From assembly GCA_012026655.1 (NCBI GenBank), contig JAAILG010001711.1:1-62766 (forward strand): a stretch of 62,766 nt of DNA. The letters run 5' to 3'. Source of the stretch: Hydrolagus affinis. Taxonomy: Eukaryota. Position 1 is the stretch's first letter; the number at the start of each line of letters is the position of its first letter. The notes beneath the pieces are model-generated. The model made no database searches and had not been told where the DNA came from. It was given only the letters and a program-made list of their open reading frames with translations. Shown in pieces: positions 23,577 through 38,700 of this stretch. The position numbers and the translations under genes were made by a program.

Positions 23577-23728
23577 TTACAGTGCGAAGAGGGCGTCCTC
23601 AGAGCGATCCGGTTTCTTGCGGTTTGCAGCGGGCACTGTGGGGGGAATGGAGATGCCTGTGGGAGGAGTGGGCAGGTTTGGGATTCTTTCTGCAGCTTTC
23701 GCCCTTTCTTCCAAAAATTTATCAAACT
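23577..23728 (-). CDS. TOM1L2: TOM1L2 last coding exon
   Basis: [14 protein letters not shown]...[14 protein letters not shown]. Confidence 0.94.
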
Positions 23729-26700
23729 CTACAATTCAAGAGAGAGAAAGGAAAAAAAATGTAAGTCACAGAACCTCAGCTCGCTTTCAAGGTCTACTTT
23801 GTCTCTGGCAGAGGCAACTTCGCAAGCTAACCGCTGAGAGTGGGAGCATGTTTCACTGAGAGTTGCTATTTTGTTTGGGAATATATACCATGTTTACAAG
23901 CCTTTCCCCCAATGGCACAACAGAGCCTATTAACTCACCCCACGGAGGAACTAGTGAAACAAGGAATACTACATGTATCATCATCACTGTGCCCCATTCA
24001 ACATCATTATATACCATAGGCAACAGACACAAGTCTGTCAGGTTGGATATAATATCTGGTGATACGTTGGATAGTTTAAATGGACTGTAAAGATAAGGAA
24101 ACAATCCTTATGGAAAATAAATGAATTTAGGAAAAAAGGAATTAGAAAAACCAAATTGAATTGATATTAAACAATTATAGTGATTTACACTTTCTGATGC
24201 AGGATTTTGATGACGAGCAGAGAGGGTCAACTTATCCATCATCAACAAAAACCCCCCACAACCGCTTGCTTCTTCAACGGAGTACATGCAACGAACTCAC
24301 CTTCACTCGTAACTCCTTCTTCCGTGTCATCCCCCTTCTGAAATTTAATGTTTAAAAAGAGTTATCACAGTAGATCAGCCCTCATGGCTAGCTTGCCAAC
24401 AACATCCGTCACAGATTTGTTTCCTTTCCTTGAACAAAATAGCTAAATACACAGAACCGATTTTAAGAATGACAATTCCTTAGAAATTGCATCTGTTCTG
24501 ACACTTTAAGCAATTTTGCCCAGCCAGTTTTTGTTCGACCGGATCAGAAATACCAGACAGCAAGTAAAGTCAGCAACCTCCAACTTACTATCAACATGTT
24601 TCACATCAAACACTAAACATTACAGACTCACACAAAGGGCTTGAAACCAGGAGTCACAGCTGAAATGTGGATACACTTTTGAATCAAGAGTAACATATTC
24701 AGGCGTTTACACGGGCAAGCCAGAGAGGAACATGAAGGATCATTTTCACAGAACTGCAACAATCAACAATTATGATAAAGAATCTTTGTAGGAAAGCTGA
24801 GACGGATTGCCGAGAATTAACCACACAGAGCAAAGGGAACACTGGTCCACGTGCTCAGTTGAAAATTGGTGCAAGGCGCAACACGCCAGCTGCCTCCAGG
24901 GCATCAGAGCTACCAAATGTTACAAGCAAAATCATTCAACAGAATGCACTGTACAGTATATATATCACTGAGCTGCAGCAACAACTTGTATTTATACAGT
25001 GCCCGTTATGTGGGTGAGCATCCCAGAGCGTTTGACAGTGGCGGAGTATGACGCCAAGCTGCGGGGAGGTACGGTCGAAGAGGAAGGTCTTGAAGTACAA
25101 TCTGCAGATGGGGAAGGAATGGGATAAGGTGAACAGTGTTCCAATCTTGGTCAGATGGAAGAAAAAAAAATTCATCAGTGATCCACCTTCAATCTGGAAA
25201 TGCTGTATTGACATATCGAGCATTTCACCCACTTGCCAATTGGCTGAAAATACCCTAAAGAGTCACGTAAACATCACTCTTATATCCAAGGCAGCACGTG
25301 ATCAGCAGTCACCCAAGCAAATCCGATTTATCATACGACAACTATGAAACCCACACAACATCAGCTTGCATTCGAGCACTGTCAAATGCAAGGATTATTA
25401 TTATTGGTATTACTGTAAATCTGACAAGCAAAGTCATGCACTTTTTGCGTACAGGAAGACATGTACACCAGCACAATCCTGCTTTTTTTTTTCCTGTTTA
25501 CACCAAAATGATAACCAGAAAACACAGGGAGAAAATGACATGCTGGATTGTATGGGAAAGAGAATTGGAATGGGAAGCAACATTTACTGAACACGAATTG
25601 CCAGAACTAGGTCACAGACACCCGCACAAGTTTCTCTTGCACTAAAAACTAAACAACTAATAGACTGATACTGTACTGGTATTGCAATCACACTTGCTCA
25701 GTACTGGTTCCTGAATAAGAGTACTTATTAGACAACAGTAAAGTACAGGCGATAAGACGATGTTTTAGAATAGACATAGATTTTGTATTTATAATCATAA
25801 TTTTATGATTATATAATTTTTTATATATATATTTATATAATTTTGTATTATATAATCATAGATTGATTCAATTCTGCGCATGATCCGTTTGAAAACTGAC
25901 ACATTATTTATTTTAATTTAATTGGATAAATAAATAAATATTGCATAATTCAGTCCATTAATGCATGAATGCATAATTCCGTTGCAAGCTCTGCAATAGG
26001 TGGGTGGAAATAATAGATAATAGAGCTTTGAAGTACTCAATGTACATCTCTAGGTGTCTCTACTTAATGTTGAGCTTTATGAAGGTTCATTCTAGTTGCT
26101 AAGAAAAAAGGAAAAGCATACAGAGTAAAAGGAGTACAGCAGGATTTCTGTGGTCAGTACGGTCGTCAAATAATTTAGCAAACCACAAATTTACACCAGA
26201 ATCGATTTTAAATCAGTTTCAAAGCATTGCATATTTTTAGTCAATGTATTTTTGTTAAAAAAGAGGCAATAAAGAGGATTAAATACAAGTGTGTTTCACA
26301 ATATGTACCGACAACTTTTATGACTTTTTCTTTTCTTCCATTTGAAGTATAGCAAGGGAGAAAATTCAATCAAACACAAAGAGCAGCTAAGAATCAAAGC
26401 AGTAAAAAGAAAGAACCCTCACCACATCAGTGCTGAGCCATTCCTCAATGTCATCCATGAGAGACGACTGTGTGACCGGAATCTACACAGCGGTGGGCAA
26501 ACCAAACCAGGCAACCCAAAATGTAACAAGGACACAAAATAAAAGAGGAAAAACAACATAAAATGGGAATGCAAAACTGAAGCAGAACAAAACTGTTCAT
26601 CACACACAAGTAGAAACTAACACAGCAGTAACAGGGTCAATCCTCAAACCACACCAATGATCTGACCATGGAGATGAAGCAGAAATAACTTTGGTGGCAA

Positions 26701-29700
26701 CTTTAGAAAGGGACAAAAGCAGGAGGTTACAGTGAACAAAGCATGAGGCTACGCTATTAATAGGTTCTTCCTATGAGGGAAGGCTGCATGGCACACTGGA
26801 GTTGTTCACACTGTGTTAAGAGGGTAAAATATCTATTTGTACATTTAGCAAGTTCCCAATCTCAAGGTTACTGTTTAGTGAGCACAAAAGATGGAGAGAC
26901 AAGTTATGTTCCTCAATGCAAGAAATCTATCCACTAGACAAAAAAGTCCCCAACCATTTAGATGTACAGTAACATGATTAGAGGACTGGTCTGAATGAAA
27001 TAGATCCTTTGGCCCATGTGATTTTATTCCTCTAGAACAACGAAACCTCCCATCAAAGCATCAAGCTGCTTAAACGAGTGCAGTATCGTGTCCTCAACCA
27101 CACCTCCTGGTAACTTGTTGCGGTTATTAATTACTGCCTTGAAAGACTTCCTATTGCCTGTCCTGGAATTGCTCTTTGCAACTCTAAACCCGGGGCCTCT
27201 TGTTCTACTGTGTTGGTTCATCCTAAAGTATTGTTCTGGATTCAGTTTTTCAATCCTCCCACACAGCTTATTCATCCTTGAAGTAATAAGAGAATGTAAA
27301 ATCTCTAATCTCCATTATTTTAGCTCTATCTGTCTGATGTTTAAGAAAGGTTCAGGATTAATGAGGCTTTTAAGGGGAAAACACACAAGAGCAATAAACA
27401 ACAATAAATCACAAAGAAACCATGATCTTCTTAATTACATGATCTCAGATTCACTAAGATATAATCAACTTACTTCAACATAAAATCCATTACATTCAGC
27501 TATATAACTAAGCTGCGTGACTCTGTTCAGGATTTCAATCATCTCTGTTCTGATTTTGTTCCAGGAAAGTTGGCATTTAAATATTAACGTAGAAGCACTA
27601 TTATTGTGTAAGATTTCACATATCGTGAAGATTGATAACCTATGGTAGTTTAAACCCTAACGAAACTCCAGATGGACAATAATATCATTGAAAAAATTGA
27701 GGGATTAGAGACACTTACCAATCTGGTGTGGCTTGGTAAGTAATGACGTATTGAAATAATGCATGTTTACAGTAATAATAATAATAATCCTTGCATTTGG
27801 TATAGCACTTTTCACATCTTATCAACGTCTCAAAGCCCTTCACAGAATACAGGTATCCCTCCCCAACCGCGGGAGATACGTTCCTGTAAACCTTTGCGGT
27901 TGGAAAAATCGCGGTTGGAAAATGCAGGGCCCAATGGGAAACACAGGGGTTTGGGGGAGTACATTCAGTTTTTTGCGGTTGGGAAATGCAGGGCCCTATG
28001 CGAAACATGGGGATACAGGGAGTAAGTTCATGTTTGGGAGGTGGAAGGAAGAGAAGGTGAGTTAGAGAGAGAGAAGGTGAGAGAGAGAAGGTGGGAGAGG
28101 GGAAGAGAAGGTGAAATAGAGAGAAGCGTATTTACCTTAGTCCAAAGAGAGAAGCGTTGTCGCTGCATGATTGCAACATAGCGACTGAGGGTCCTAGTAC
28201 TATACGCTAGCTGTTACACACAGACAGTACCTGTAGATCCACGAGTGCAGCTAAACTACGTAGGGTAGTAAAGATGCTGATAGGCGGGAACTGCAGAGCG
28301 GATGAATAAGGTCCCTTGTTTGGAGGAGTGAAACTTGAATATTTAAACTGCAGATGTAAATCGCGGATGCGCAAAACGCGGTTTGCGAGGATTGTCGCAT
28401 TCAGCAAACCACGAAGGCCTGCGTTTCATGGTTGGCGAGGCCGCGGTTGGGGCGGGACACCTGTATACTGTAAAGTGAATTGATTGTATATTTGTGGGCG
28501 AAACGCGGCAGCCAATTGTACACAGCAGTGTCCCACAAACAATCGTGGATTGAAAGACCAATTTTTATTATTGTGGATTTCTTTGAGGGATTATTATTCA
28601 AATGCAAGGATTATTATTATTGAAAAAAAAACACTGCAACCTACAAGATACAGTTTTCAACCCAAATTAACTCCCACAAAGGTCACCTGGAGCATCCAAG
28701 CACAGCAAAACTGCACCAGATGGAGGAGGCCTTGAAGGTAACAAAAAAAGCCTCGGAAGGGCAAATTATGATAAAGAGTTCGTACAGAGAGTTCAAGGGA
28801 TTTAGTCGGAATCACGTTTTAATGCTACAAACCAAATTTTGAACCTCTGGGATGGTATGAAGAGGAATGGGAAGTGGGAACAGATAAATTGTCCTTGCCT
28901 ACAGCACACATACAAGGAAATCTGCCTGACATATCCACTCCATGCCCGGGGCACTGAAGCTAATAACACAGCATATGCTGCTGTCTAGGCTAACTGACAG
29001 AACAGGGATTGACCCTAATACCTTCCTGGTCTGTGTGGCTCTGATTTACATTAGAGAGCAGCTTTACCAACCAAAGCAGTAGGAGGCTTCTTTAAAGCTA
29101 ATGTAATAAATCTGCTGTGTCTGAATATCTAATGCCTAACCTTAGATTGAAGTTCATCTGCCTTTGGAATAAGAATGAAGTGTCCAGTGACAACTGAGGA
29201 TATTACATTATAATGATCATATATCCATTCATTCAGATCAGATTACTAGCAACCGGAAAAATTTCTAACTGCCCTCGATGGTGGGCCCTGACCAAGTTCA
29301 TCACCAGAGTGGGTGTTTCGGTGTAACATTAGTCAAAGTTAGGAATTAAATTCCTAACTGTTTCAGCGCAATGGGGGCTCTCTAACCACACCAGAATATG
29401 CAACTACAATAGGGCACCTTATTTATAAAAGAGTTATAGAGGGATTTGAATGAGACTCAACACTCCATCCAATAATGTAGATTGAACTTTTTTGTTGCAA
29501 CCTGAACAAGTGTGATTTACGCTCTCCCTCACAAGTGTTTCCAGTGACAAGGCGGTGGATTTATATTTACAGAATGTATCTGTTGTATTTACAGAGAATT
29601 GGGAAGGTCAGGCACGTATCAGGTTCAATGTAAAGCGTCCATAGTATAGGATGTGCACAGCCCTGATATGCTGATTGGTATGGAAAAGAAAACACATCAT

Positions 29701-32700
29701 TTAAAAATATTTAACTGCGATAATCACATCACCAATGATACAGTAAAAGGGAATGAGACGAGAGCAGAAAGGTAGAAAGGTAATAATAGCTGAACAAGCC
29801 CATAATGAAAACATTTGAGGGCAAATTTTAATTACACAGCATCAAAGGAGGAAGAGAGAAATGATGTAAATAAACAGTTTTTTAAAAAACAGTATGCAGT
29901 TAATTATTCTGTAACATTTCTGATTTTTAAATATTTTAACTCAGTTACAACCTTTTCTGCTTCTATGTTAGACAGCGAATAGGCTTAATACGGTTAATAA
30001 TTACTATGTTAAAAGGGAAGAATCACAAGTTATTACAATGCAAACTGGACAGTAAGAGATCAATCACGTTAGCCTCGGAATCCAATCGAAGCTTTGAATA
30101 TCCAACCTTTGTACAGACAAATACAGAGCACCCCACACAGATCAGTCACAGGCTCCCCTACACATTACTGCTGAGACATAAAAAAAGCCGGGATAGGCAT
30201 TTGTTTTTGGCTAGACTTAATCAGCGAGAACCGTTGACTTGGACTATCTTCCCCAAATATTTGTATGATACATATCAGATAAAAGCAGGAAGTAGAGGTT
30301 CCTATCTGGTACTTTATGCCCTGTGAATATCGCAAGCACCAACTGCTGTCCTTATACTGTAGTTTAGCAAGTTTTAGCTTCGGAGAGGAGCAGAGATTGG
30401 ACTCAAGACAAAGCTGGAGTTGGTAACAGAGGAATCTGTGCTCATAGTAGCCTAAGAAAACGTCAAAGGCAAGTGAACTGCAGAACAGCGCAAATCTTCT
30501 GATGAATTGGTAAAACTCTTATCTAGGGTATGGTGCCAAGGCTGGCTTGTTACTGTCCAGTGTGCCATGTTGCATGACAAAGGGTTTGACAGAGAGGAGG
30601 TTCTTTCTCTAAACATTAGCAGGTTACAGCAGATCAATTTGGTGAAAGCTCACCATTCCTTGCTTCATGAGCCACTGGTCAATAGGCTCGAGGTCTGAGT
30701 TGCCTGGCTTATTGCTCTGCTGCATCAGTTACACAACATTCCCACAGGCCCAGCAGTAAACAGCAGAACAAGAGTCAAGAAAGGAGAAAGACAGGTTAAA
30801 GAGGGGGAATAAAACCGTCATACAAATTCATCTCAGTACACACTCGTCACAGTTTGCTGTAAGATGTTAAGGAGTCCCATTCTTTTGTTTTAAAAATAAT
30901 GAATTGAAACTCTGGCATAGAGATGCAATTGCACTCCTCAAAGAATTATGATCAAATTAATTTGAAACTTTGATCATGGTCTGAACTTCCTCAGAACAAG
31001 ACTGAGCCATGAAGATTGGTCATCATTCAGGTACATTATATGACATCCAGACACAGTCATAAGGTAAAATACTCAGTGAAAAAAACTCAAACTGTTGTTC
31101 TGTATTTTATGCACTTCTTCATTCACAGACTGTGAATTCCCATCATGAATTTGGATTTTTTTTTGCTCAATTCAACGTCAGGTTTTTGAAAGAGATGTTA
31201 ACACTTTGAAGTCTGGACACAGTGGTTTGCCAAATTGATAAAATGCAAACAAACTGTTTAGCTATGGTTGACAAGAATAAAACATATTCCTGCAGCAAGC
31301 AACCTTCATCCACAAAAATGAACACAAACAAACTAACTACTCTACTAACAACAGTAGAATAGTGTGCAATAGTTCACATAAATTACTGCACAGAGTTAAA
31401 GTTGAGCTTAACTAAACTCTCACAGCAGTCAGTAAACTGGGTAAGAAGGCAGTCATTTAATCACATTTCTTTCCCATCCACACCAAAATCTGTGAAAAGG
31501 CACAACACACAAGCGCGTAAGTGGCAATTAGTATAATTCCAATATACAAAAACAATCACAAAAGCATAATAAGGTAAAGAGGTACACATATAGAAACAAA
31601 ATGTTTTTTAAAAAGTAGCATTTTTGCTTTCAAATTGCTTTGGGATTCTAGAAATATAATTGAAATTCCAGAACAATAAAGAGATTAGATTATGTTCATC
31701 ATCATTCAGATGCCCAAATCCATTTGCCGTGAGATCGCTGACCTAGCTCCCCATACACATGGTTAATTCAACACCATTCCATGGACTGAATAATTCAACC
31801 ATCAGGAATACTTCCCAAGAAAAGCTGTTACTGCTTCTTCTGCCTTAAGTTTCTTTGAAAAAAAGACTGCATTTCGAGTATTCAGTCGTGCAGTTTTCCC
31901 CTTGTGTGAAGTGCACAGGGATTTCATGGCACATTAAACATATTTTCTATTTCACAGCTGGAACTAAAATACCAGCCCACCTTTTAATTCAAAGCTCATG
32001 TTAGCAACATTTCTATTAACAAAAGTGAAATGTAAATCCAATTAAAGGTATAAGACAAAAGTACAACACTGAGCAGTAACAGCTGAAATGCAATCGTCTT
32101 GCAACAGCTTTAAAACTACGTGCATATATTTATCTGGAAAGACTCTCAAAGGCCCATCCCAGCTCCCAATCCATAGTAGGCAGTAATGATCTCACGGGAA
32201 CCAAACGCAGATCAGAGGCATTCTTGTTCTTGTTTACAGAGCAAGACTGACAACAGCTGTAAAGGTGATCGGTCACCAGTTCCCTTCTAGATGGGGAGAG
32301 GCCATGGGAAGAAGACACTGGTATGTTGTATTCAAAAAGATAAGATACTAAACTAGGTTTAAAAGCAGATTGAATAGTGTGAATAAAGGAATTGCTGGTA
32401 CTGTAGCAATTTCAGGACTGATTAATCAGAAAATATCCTACACAGTTAGTTTAGTAGCGTGCAACACACAAATCAACATACAGTGAAACATACCAGGACA
32501 TTCTGAAAGCACAAAAAAGTTGTCAGCTCCCATTTATTTATTTCTACCTCCTCGACCTTTGTTTCTATTTTCATCTGCAGTCACTAAGGATTTACAATTC
32601 TACTAATTTGATAGTTGAATGCTGGACAATGAATCAAGACACTAAACACCCAAACTGGTTAAAGCAGGATGGTCCAACTGGTGCCCCACGGACCTCCCCC

Positions 32701-35700
32701 CCACAACACTATTCCACTTAACCCACCCACTCCCTCCATAACCTGTAAATGTTATGTTTCTGGAAGGAAAAATAAAACCAAATACTGCTTATGCAGCCTG
32801 CGGACCTTTCTCAAGTAAGGCATCCAGGCCTCAGCAGCCAAAAGGTTGGACCTAGGTTAAAGTATTGAAACCCATTTACTGAAAGAACAGTTGAATTCAA
32901 CTTAAAGATGATTTTTTAAAAAGAACACTTACCACAGCTGCATTGTTTTGCCGAACATCAAGAGCAGGTGCCAGACCTCCCGCCAAAGCTTGTGGTGCCT
33001 CGTACGTTACGCTATAAGTAAAAAAAAAATACTTTGCAAACATATAGAGCCTGCTTTTCAATGCACACATCTCAATGCACTGTATAAACCAGAATTTGAA
33101 ATCATCTATTGTTCAGAGACAATTTATTCAGCCATTACTTACGTTTTACGTTGATCAGCAAGGAAACTGCTTCTCGTCTGTGCAAACATATCAAAATTTG
33201 CCATGTCTCGATCGCTTGGATTGCAATTGGGCAAAGAGCTCAGGGTTCCACTAACACTCTCTTTACCCATGTCTGAGAAAAATCGAGTAAACCACAATGA
33301 AATATTGTTGAACAGATCACAATCAATACTATAACTGGAATGCACTGTCTTGAAAGGGTGGTGGAAACAGATTTAATAACAACTTTCAAAATTAGATAGG
33401 TAAAAATTTGGAGGGGCATGGGGATAGAGTGGGAGAGTGGGACTAAATGGTAGCTCTTTCAAAGACCTGGCGCAGGCATAATGGACTGAATGGCCTCATT
33501 ATGTGCTGCAATATTCTATCATTACTAAATCAGAAGGTTAGCATTGCTGCTCTGCACAGCACAGAGGAGCCAGGGGAGAAGACAATGAATACCTGGTTAG
33601 TCAGTATTAGTTGATAATAATCCTTGCATTTGATATAGCGCCTTATCATGTCTTTCAGACATGTCAAAGCGCTTCACAGAGTATACTGTAAACTGGCTGT
33701 ATATTTTGAGGATTGAATGAGGCAGCCAATTACCCACAGCAATGTCCTCCCCACAGTACAGTTCCCTGTTTAACCTCCAGTACCTCATTAAACAGCCATG
33801 CAATGTTAGCTGCTGTTGGCACTTTATTTGAAAACCTGAGCATATTATTGTACTGTATTATGTATTATTGTATTATTAACTATACAGTGAGCAGAACTCC
33901 AAGCTAATTTCTGAAAGTTAATAATGAAGAAAATGTGTTTCAGAATTTCAACAAAGATTATCTTTTAAATGCCAAGATGTATGGAGCTCCTGTAGCTCAG
34001 TGGTTAGAGCACTCGCCTTACAAGCGTGAGACTTGTGTTCAAATCCAAGCAGGTCAGGGTGAAACCTTGGGCAAGTTTCCTTACACCACAGGCCTAATGA
34101 TAATCCCTCCAAAAAACCACACTATTAAAATTGGTAATTTCAATCCATGACTGTTTGTCGGACCCTACTGTGCACAATTGGCTGCTACATTTTGCCCACA
34201 AATATACAGTCAATTCACTGTACAGTGAAGCACTTTGAGACGTCGATAAGATGTGAAAAACTCTATATCAAAATGCAAGATTATTATTATTATCATAAAA
34301 GGTGTGAGCATGGAGCTACATGCAGAAAGGTTGCTATCTTAGATAGAAGGAACAACAGTGACATGCTGGCTGGGCGAGGAGGTGCAGTACTTTGCAGAAG
34401 GTTTACACTTGCACAATGATAGTATTTAACTTTTTACGTATAAAACTCAGAGCAACTACTTAACTAGTCTCAGCTGAGCAGGGGAGGTTAAGGTCTTTCT
34501 CTTACCTAGTCCAGCAAGCTGTGAGGACAGAGAGGAGGCAGTGGCATTTCCAACCATTGGGCTTACAACTGCAGGAGACCCTGGGCCCAAGTCTATTAGA
34601 TTATCTGCGTCTGTGACATCATCTAATATCTGGTAACAAAATAAGACCGGGCATTAATAAACTTGTCATTTGGAAACTTTGGCTGCATTGTAAACAATAA
34701 TTTGCATTTACACAGCTCCCCTCAGAGAGGGTAGCGTCCCAGAGCGCTTAACAGAGACGGAGTACGACGCCGAGTCACAGGAGGGTGATAGTAGGCACGG
34801 TCAAAGAGTAAAAACTTCAGGCGCAATCTGAAGATGGGAAAGCAAGAGAAAAAGTGTTCGAGAGTTTTGAAGCATAGTGGCTGAAAGCGCAGCCACTGAT
34901 GTAAACATGCACATTCATAGATAATTCTGACTACAACGAGGTCATGTAATCGCAGCCACCAATAGTGGTGAAACATATTTCAAGCTTCCTGAGAGAAAAA
35001 CAACATTCAATGTTCAAATTTCAGCCTCAATTGTTTCAGCTCACGGCTGAGACATCAGGAGAAACTCTTGTCAAACAGTAAAATGGGATCGTTAATGTCC
35101 ATCTGAATAGTCAGACCGAACCTCAGTCCACATCTCATCTAAATGGTTGGCGCTTCCGACAAGGCACTGCGCTGGAGCTTTAGTCAACCCATAACTCTCT
35201 GACCCCTAGGTGAGGGTGCTACCAAACACTTCAAGCAGCCAGACCGAGCCAAGGAGATGCAGCCAGAGTCCAGATTTATGTTTTTAAATTAAGGTACAAA
35301 ACATACAAGTAATCACTTACCCCATTATCTATACTCTGAGTCATACGTGCTCCTGATCTGCACCTTTCAAATCTTCAAAGAAAATACAAGTCAAAAAACT
35401 GATTAGGGTGTTTACAGACTGATACAGAACACTGCAATGTGAATACAGCTTCACAGCAAGCTTGTTCCAATGGTAAAACTTCTGACCAGTGGCTACTGGG
35501 GTTCCATTTGCTTTCAAATTTTTCAGCTGGAACCCTCAATCATAGTTTGTAGAGCTCTGCAGGGATGGATATCTAGCACAAGGCAGTGACCTGTAGCACA
35601 TTTCTCTTCGTCACTTTGGGAATGACTATCACGTAGAAAACAGGAAATCGTTTTGTCCGATAAACTAAGCTATTGAACAACTTGCTCACCTCTCGTACCG

Positions 35701-38700
35701 AAGGAAGACATTGTTCAGGTCATCGTTAACATGCAGCAGTTCTTCTGTGATGTCCTCGCTGGACACACTGGACAGAAGCTCGACAATTCTTGCCTGCATT
35801 GCACGACACGTTTGATTCAATTCCTGCATTAAATATTAATGTGTTAAAGAGTTACTTGAGGCAAATTAATAAATTTTGCCCTGGTGAAATAATCACCCGT
35901 GATATTTTGCTTTCATCGAGGCAAAAAATGCTCGGAACTGGACATAATACCATTATTAAGCCCTTTGATTAGGTATAACACAGACAGTAAAACATCCCTT
36001 AAAACCATCTCAATCCCAACACCAAAAGAGCAGAATACAGCACTATTGTGAATGTTTTATTTCCTATAGCACATATCCTCATGGGTCTTAAACAGTACAA
36101 CCAAACCCCTGCTATTTGAATGCTGTGCACTGCACACTAAGATTGGAGTCTGCCTGAAATTCACTTAACATGACCCTGAAAGGGAATGTATTTTTATCTT
36201 CTTAGATCTGATACTCAAATCCCCCTTGTGGAACAAAAGTGGTCCAACCGGCTTAGTATTACGTCAATAATTCTACAGTACAGTTAAACTTCTCACTAAA
36301 AGTCAGTTTGCAGGTACTTCATACCACTTTGTGCTTGATAAATTGTACATCCAATTCCAATACAGAAAAATATTTAATAATAATCTTTGGATTTGATAAC
36401 AGCTTCAATGCAAAAGAATTATCTCTTTGACCGCGCTCCCTTTCAGTAATCTTCCCCCACCCCCCTCTGAGGTACCCCAGACGGTCGTGTAAAGCACTTT
36501 GAAATGTCACTGCATGAAAGGCACAAAATAACCGTCAATTGTGTCTTATTGTAACACCCGAAACCTCTCAAACCACTTTACACGTCATTTCTGTCAAATG
36601 TTGCAATTTACAATTTTGAACTACGCTAGAGTCATAATTCATTTACTTAAACAAAAAAGTGCTATGTAATCCTAAATCTTGTCTATTCGGATTCCTGTTG
36701 GATTACCCCTTGGCGGAATGAAGCATAAGTACTCCCGGCAAAAGGACCTCATCTCACAGCTGAGCATTAAACTTTTCTCACCTGGAGTAACTCGAAATCT
36801 GACTGATCTTCCTGCCCTGGGACCATTTCAGTCAGCATCTCCGACATAACCTTGGTGTTTCCACGTACAACATCCAGTTCGCTGCGCAACCTGGCAATCT
36901 GCCACACAAATGGCTCAACTTAAAACAAATGGCAGCCTAGTTATTACTCGTGTTAAGTTACATTACAAACTGACCAATAAATAGTCAGGGCTTTTAAAAA
37001 AAATTTTAAACAATGTTCGTCAACGCATATTTTTCAACAGGTTGATTGCAACCATAAAAACATGACACTTGTTCATTGAGCCTCCTGGTAAATTTAGCTC
37101 ATGTGGCTAGAGCTTGGAGTCTGCGTGCTGAAGAAGACACGGTGGCCATCTTTGTTTCTGGCATAAGGGGTAGTGCCCATCTTATAGAAGACCAATCACT
37201 CAGCCGCCCTACCCTTAAAAATATTTTCATCCACCACCAATAGTCTGGCTGACTCATATAGTGCCTTTTGAATGAATTATTACCATCTATAGGGCACCAC
37301 CACCCTATGAAGCAATCATGCCATGAGTACCTTGTAGTAATTTAAGTTGAAACATAAAAATCTGAGCCACTTTAGAGACAGACAGTATTAAAATTCTTCT
37401 GATTGTCATCCATTACAAATAGATTCCAAGATTTCCCATTTCAGGAGCAAAAAGGTCACATACACACTTTATCCATGGACTTCTGCACGTTTAAAGCTGG
37501 AAATCAGGAACCAGCAGAAAGCGTGAGTGGGAAAAGAGTAGATTCTCAATTGTATATTTTTCTGAGCAGAGTTAAGCAACGTCTAATAAAAGCTTTAACA
37601 TTGCCAGAATGAGTGGAAATGTGCAACCATTAGCCTCTCTTAGCTCTCTGCACCTGTTCAGTATTTGGAGTGATCGGTCCAGCTACGTGCACGGGTGGAA
37701 AGCCGTGGGCTGCTGAATACACATTCAGTGAAGATGCCGCGGACCGGAAAGAGTTTGTAGAAGAGGGTCTCTGCAGAGACTGAGGTGTGGCTTTGTTCAT
37801 TGCAGTATCAAGGTCTGGAATACTCTACAATATAAAAATAAGCATAAGATTATATAATCTCTGTAGGCAAATAACATTCAACAATAGTTCAAAGTTAACT
37901 CTGTTATGAGCTTCTTCCAGCAGACATTAAAATAGATTTTGCAGTTTGCAACAAAGCAACAGACAATTTATTAGTATACTAAAATATTGCCCAACATTTA
38001 AGGTAGGTCAACAGAGATGGTTTCAGCGTCAAGAGCTAAGATTGAAGTCCAGAATGAGTGTGAATACTAATCTTCTACTTACTGCACCATCACTGACTGC
38101 AATGAGATACAAAATCATAGAATCTTACAGCAAAGAAGGAGGCCATTCAGACCATAGTGCCTGTGACAGATCTTTGAAAGCTTTCCAGCTAGTCCCACTC
38201 CCCGCTCTTACCCCTGCAAATCGAGTCCTGCAAATCTGTAATTCAACACAATTAAGAACAACATCCCCCACTCCACCCCAAGTTGGTTGTTTCCATACCC
38301 ACAATCATCAGCTTCTTTTCCTGCTGGGGACCCCAGTGTAATGTAAGTCAAATCAATTCTGCAGATGATTATTGCATACTGCATGCTTTTCAAGAGTCAC
38401 TGAAACTCCCCAAGACATCACATGCAAGAACAATTTTCACAGTAAGTATATTCATAGGAATGGAACGGGCATTTGCTTTGCACTACAACTTATACAAAAC
38501 TGGTGAATGCAATTTCCCACATTATTTTAAAATAACTAAATTTTAAAAAAACTTACTGTAATTTGAATTACAAGATCTCTCAGATCGGCAGTTATCAATG
38601 AAGTGAAAAATTGTAGAACCTATTTCGATAAAATATTCTATCTACTGGTGTTTAATCCAAGCCCAACCTGACCTCTCTGGCTTTTACCCCAATACTTGTC

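Noticed and set aside
27617-27740. Functional alternative DRC3 exon or second LRR gene
   Set aside because: Acceptor mutated, in-frame stop and frameshift; lies upstream of the DRC3 promoter.
33983-34060. tRNA genes (TAGCTCAGTGGTTAGAGC...GTTCRAATCC)
   Set aside because: These are heads of a dispersed SINE: each continues into the same body and tail and lacks a full cloverleaf acceptor stem.
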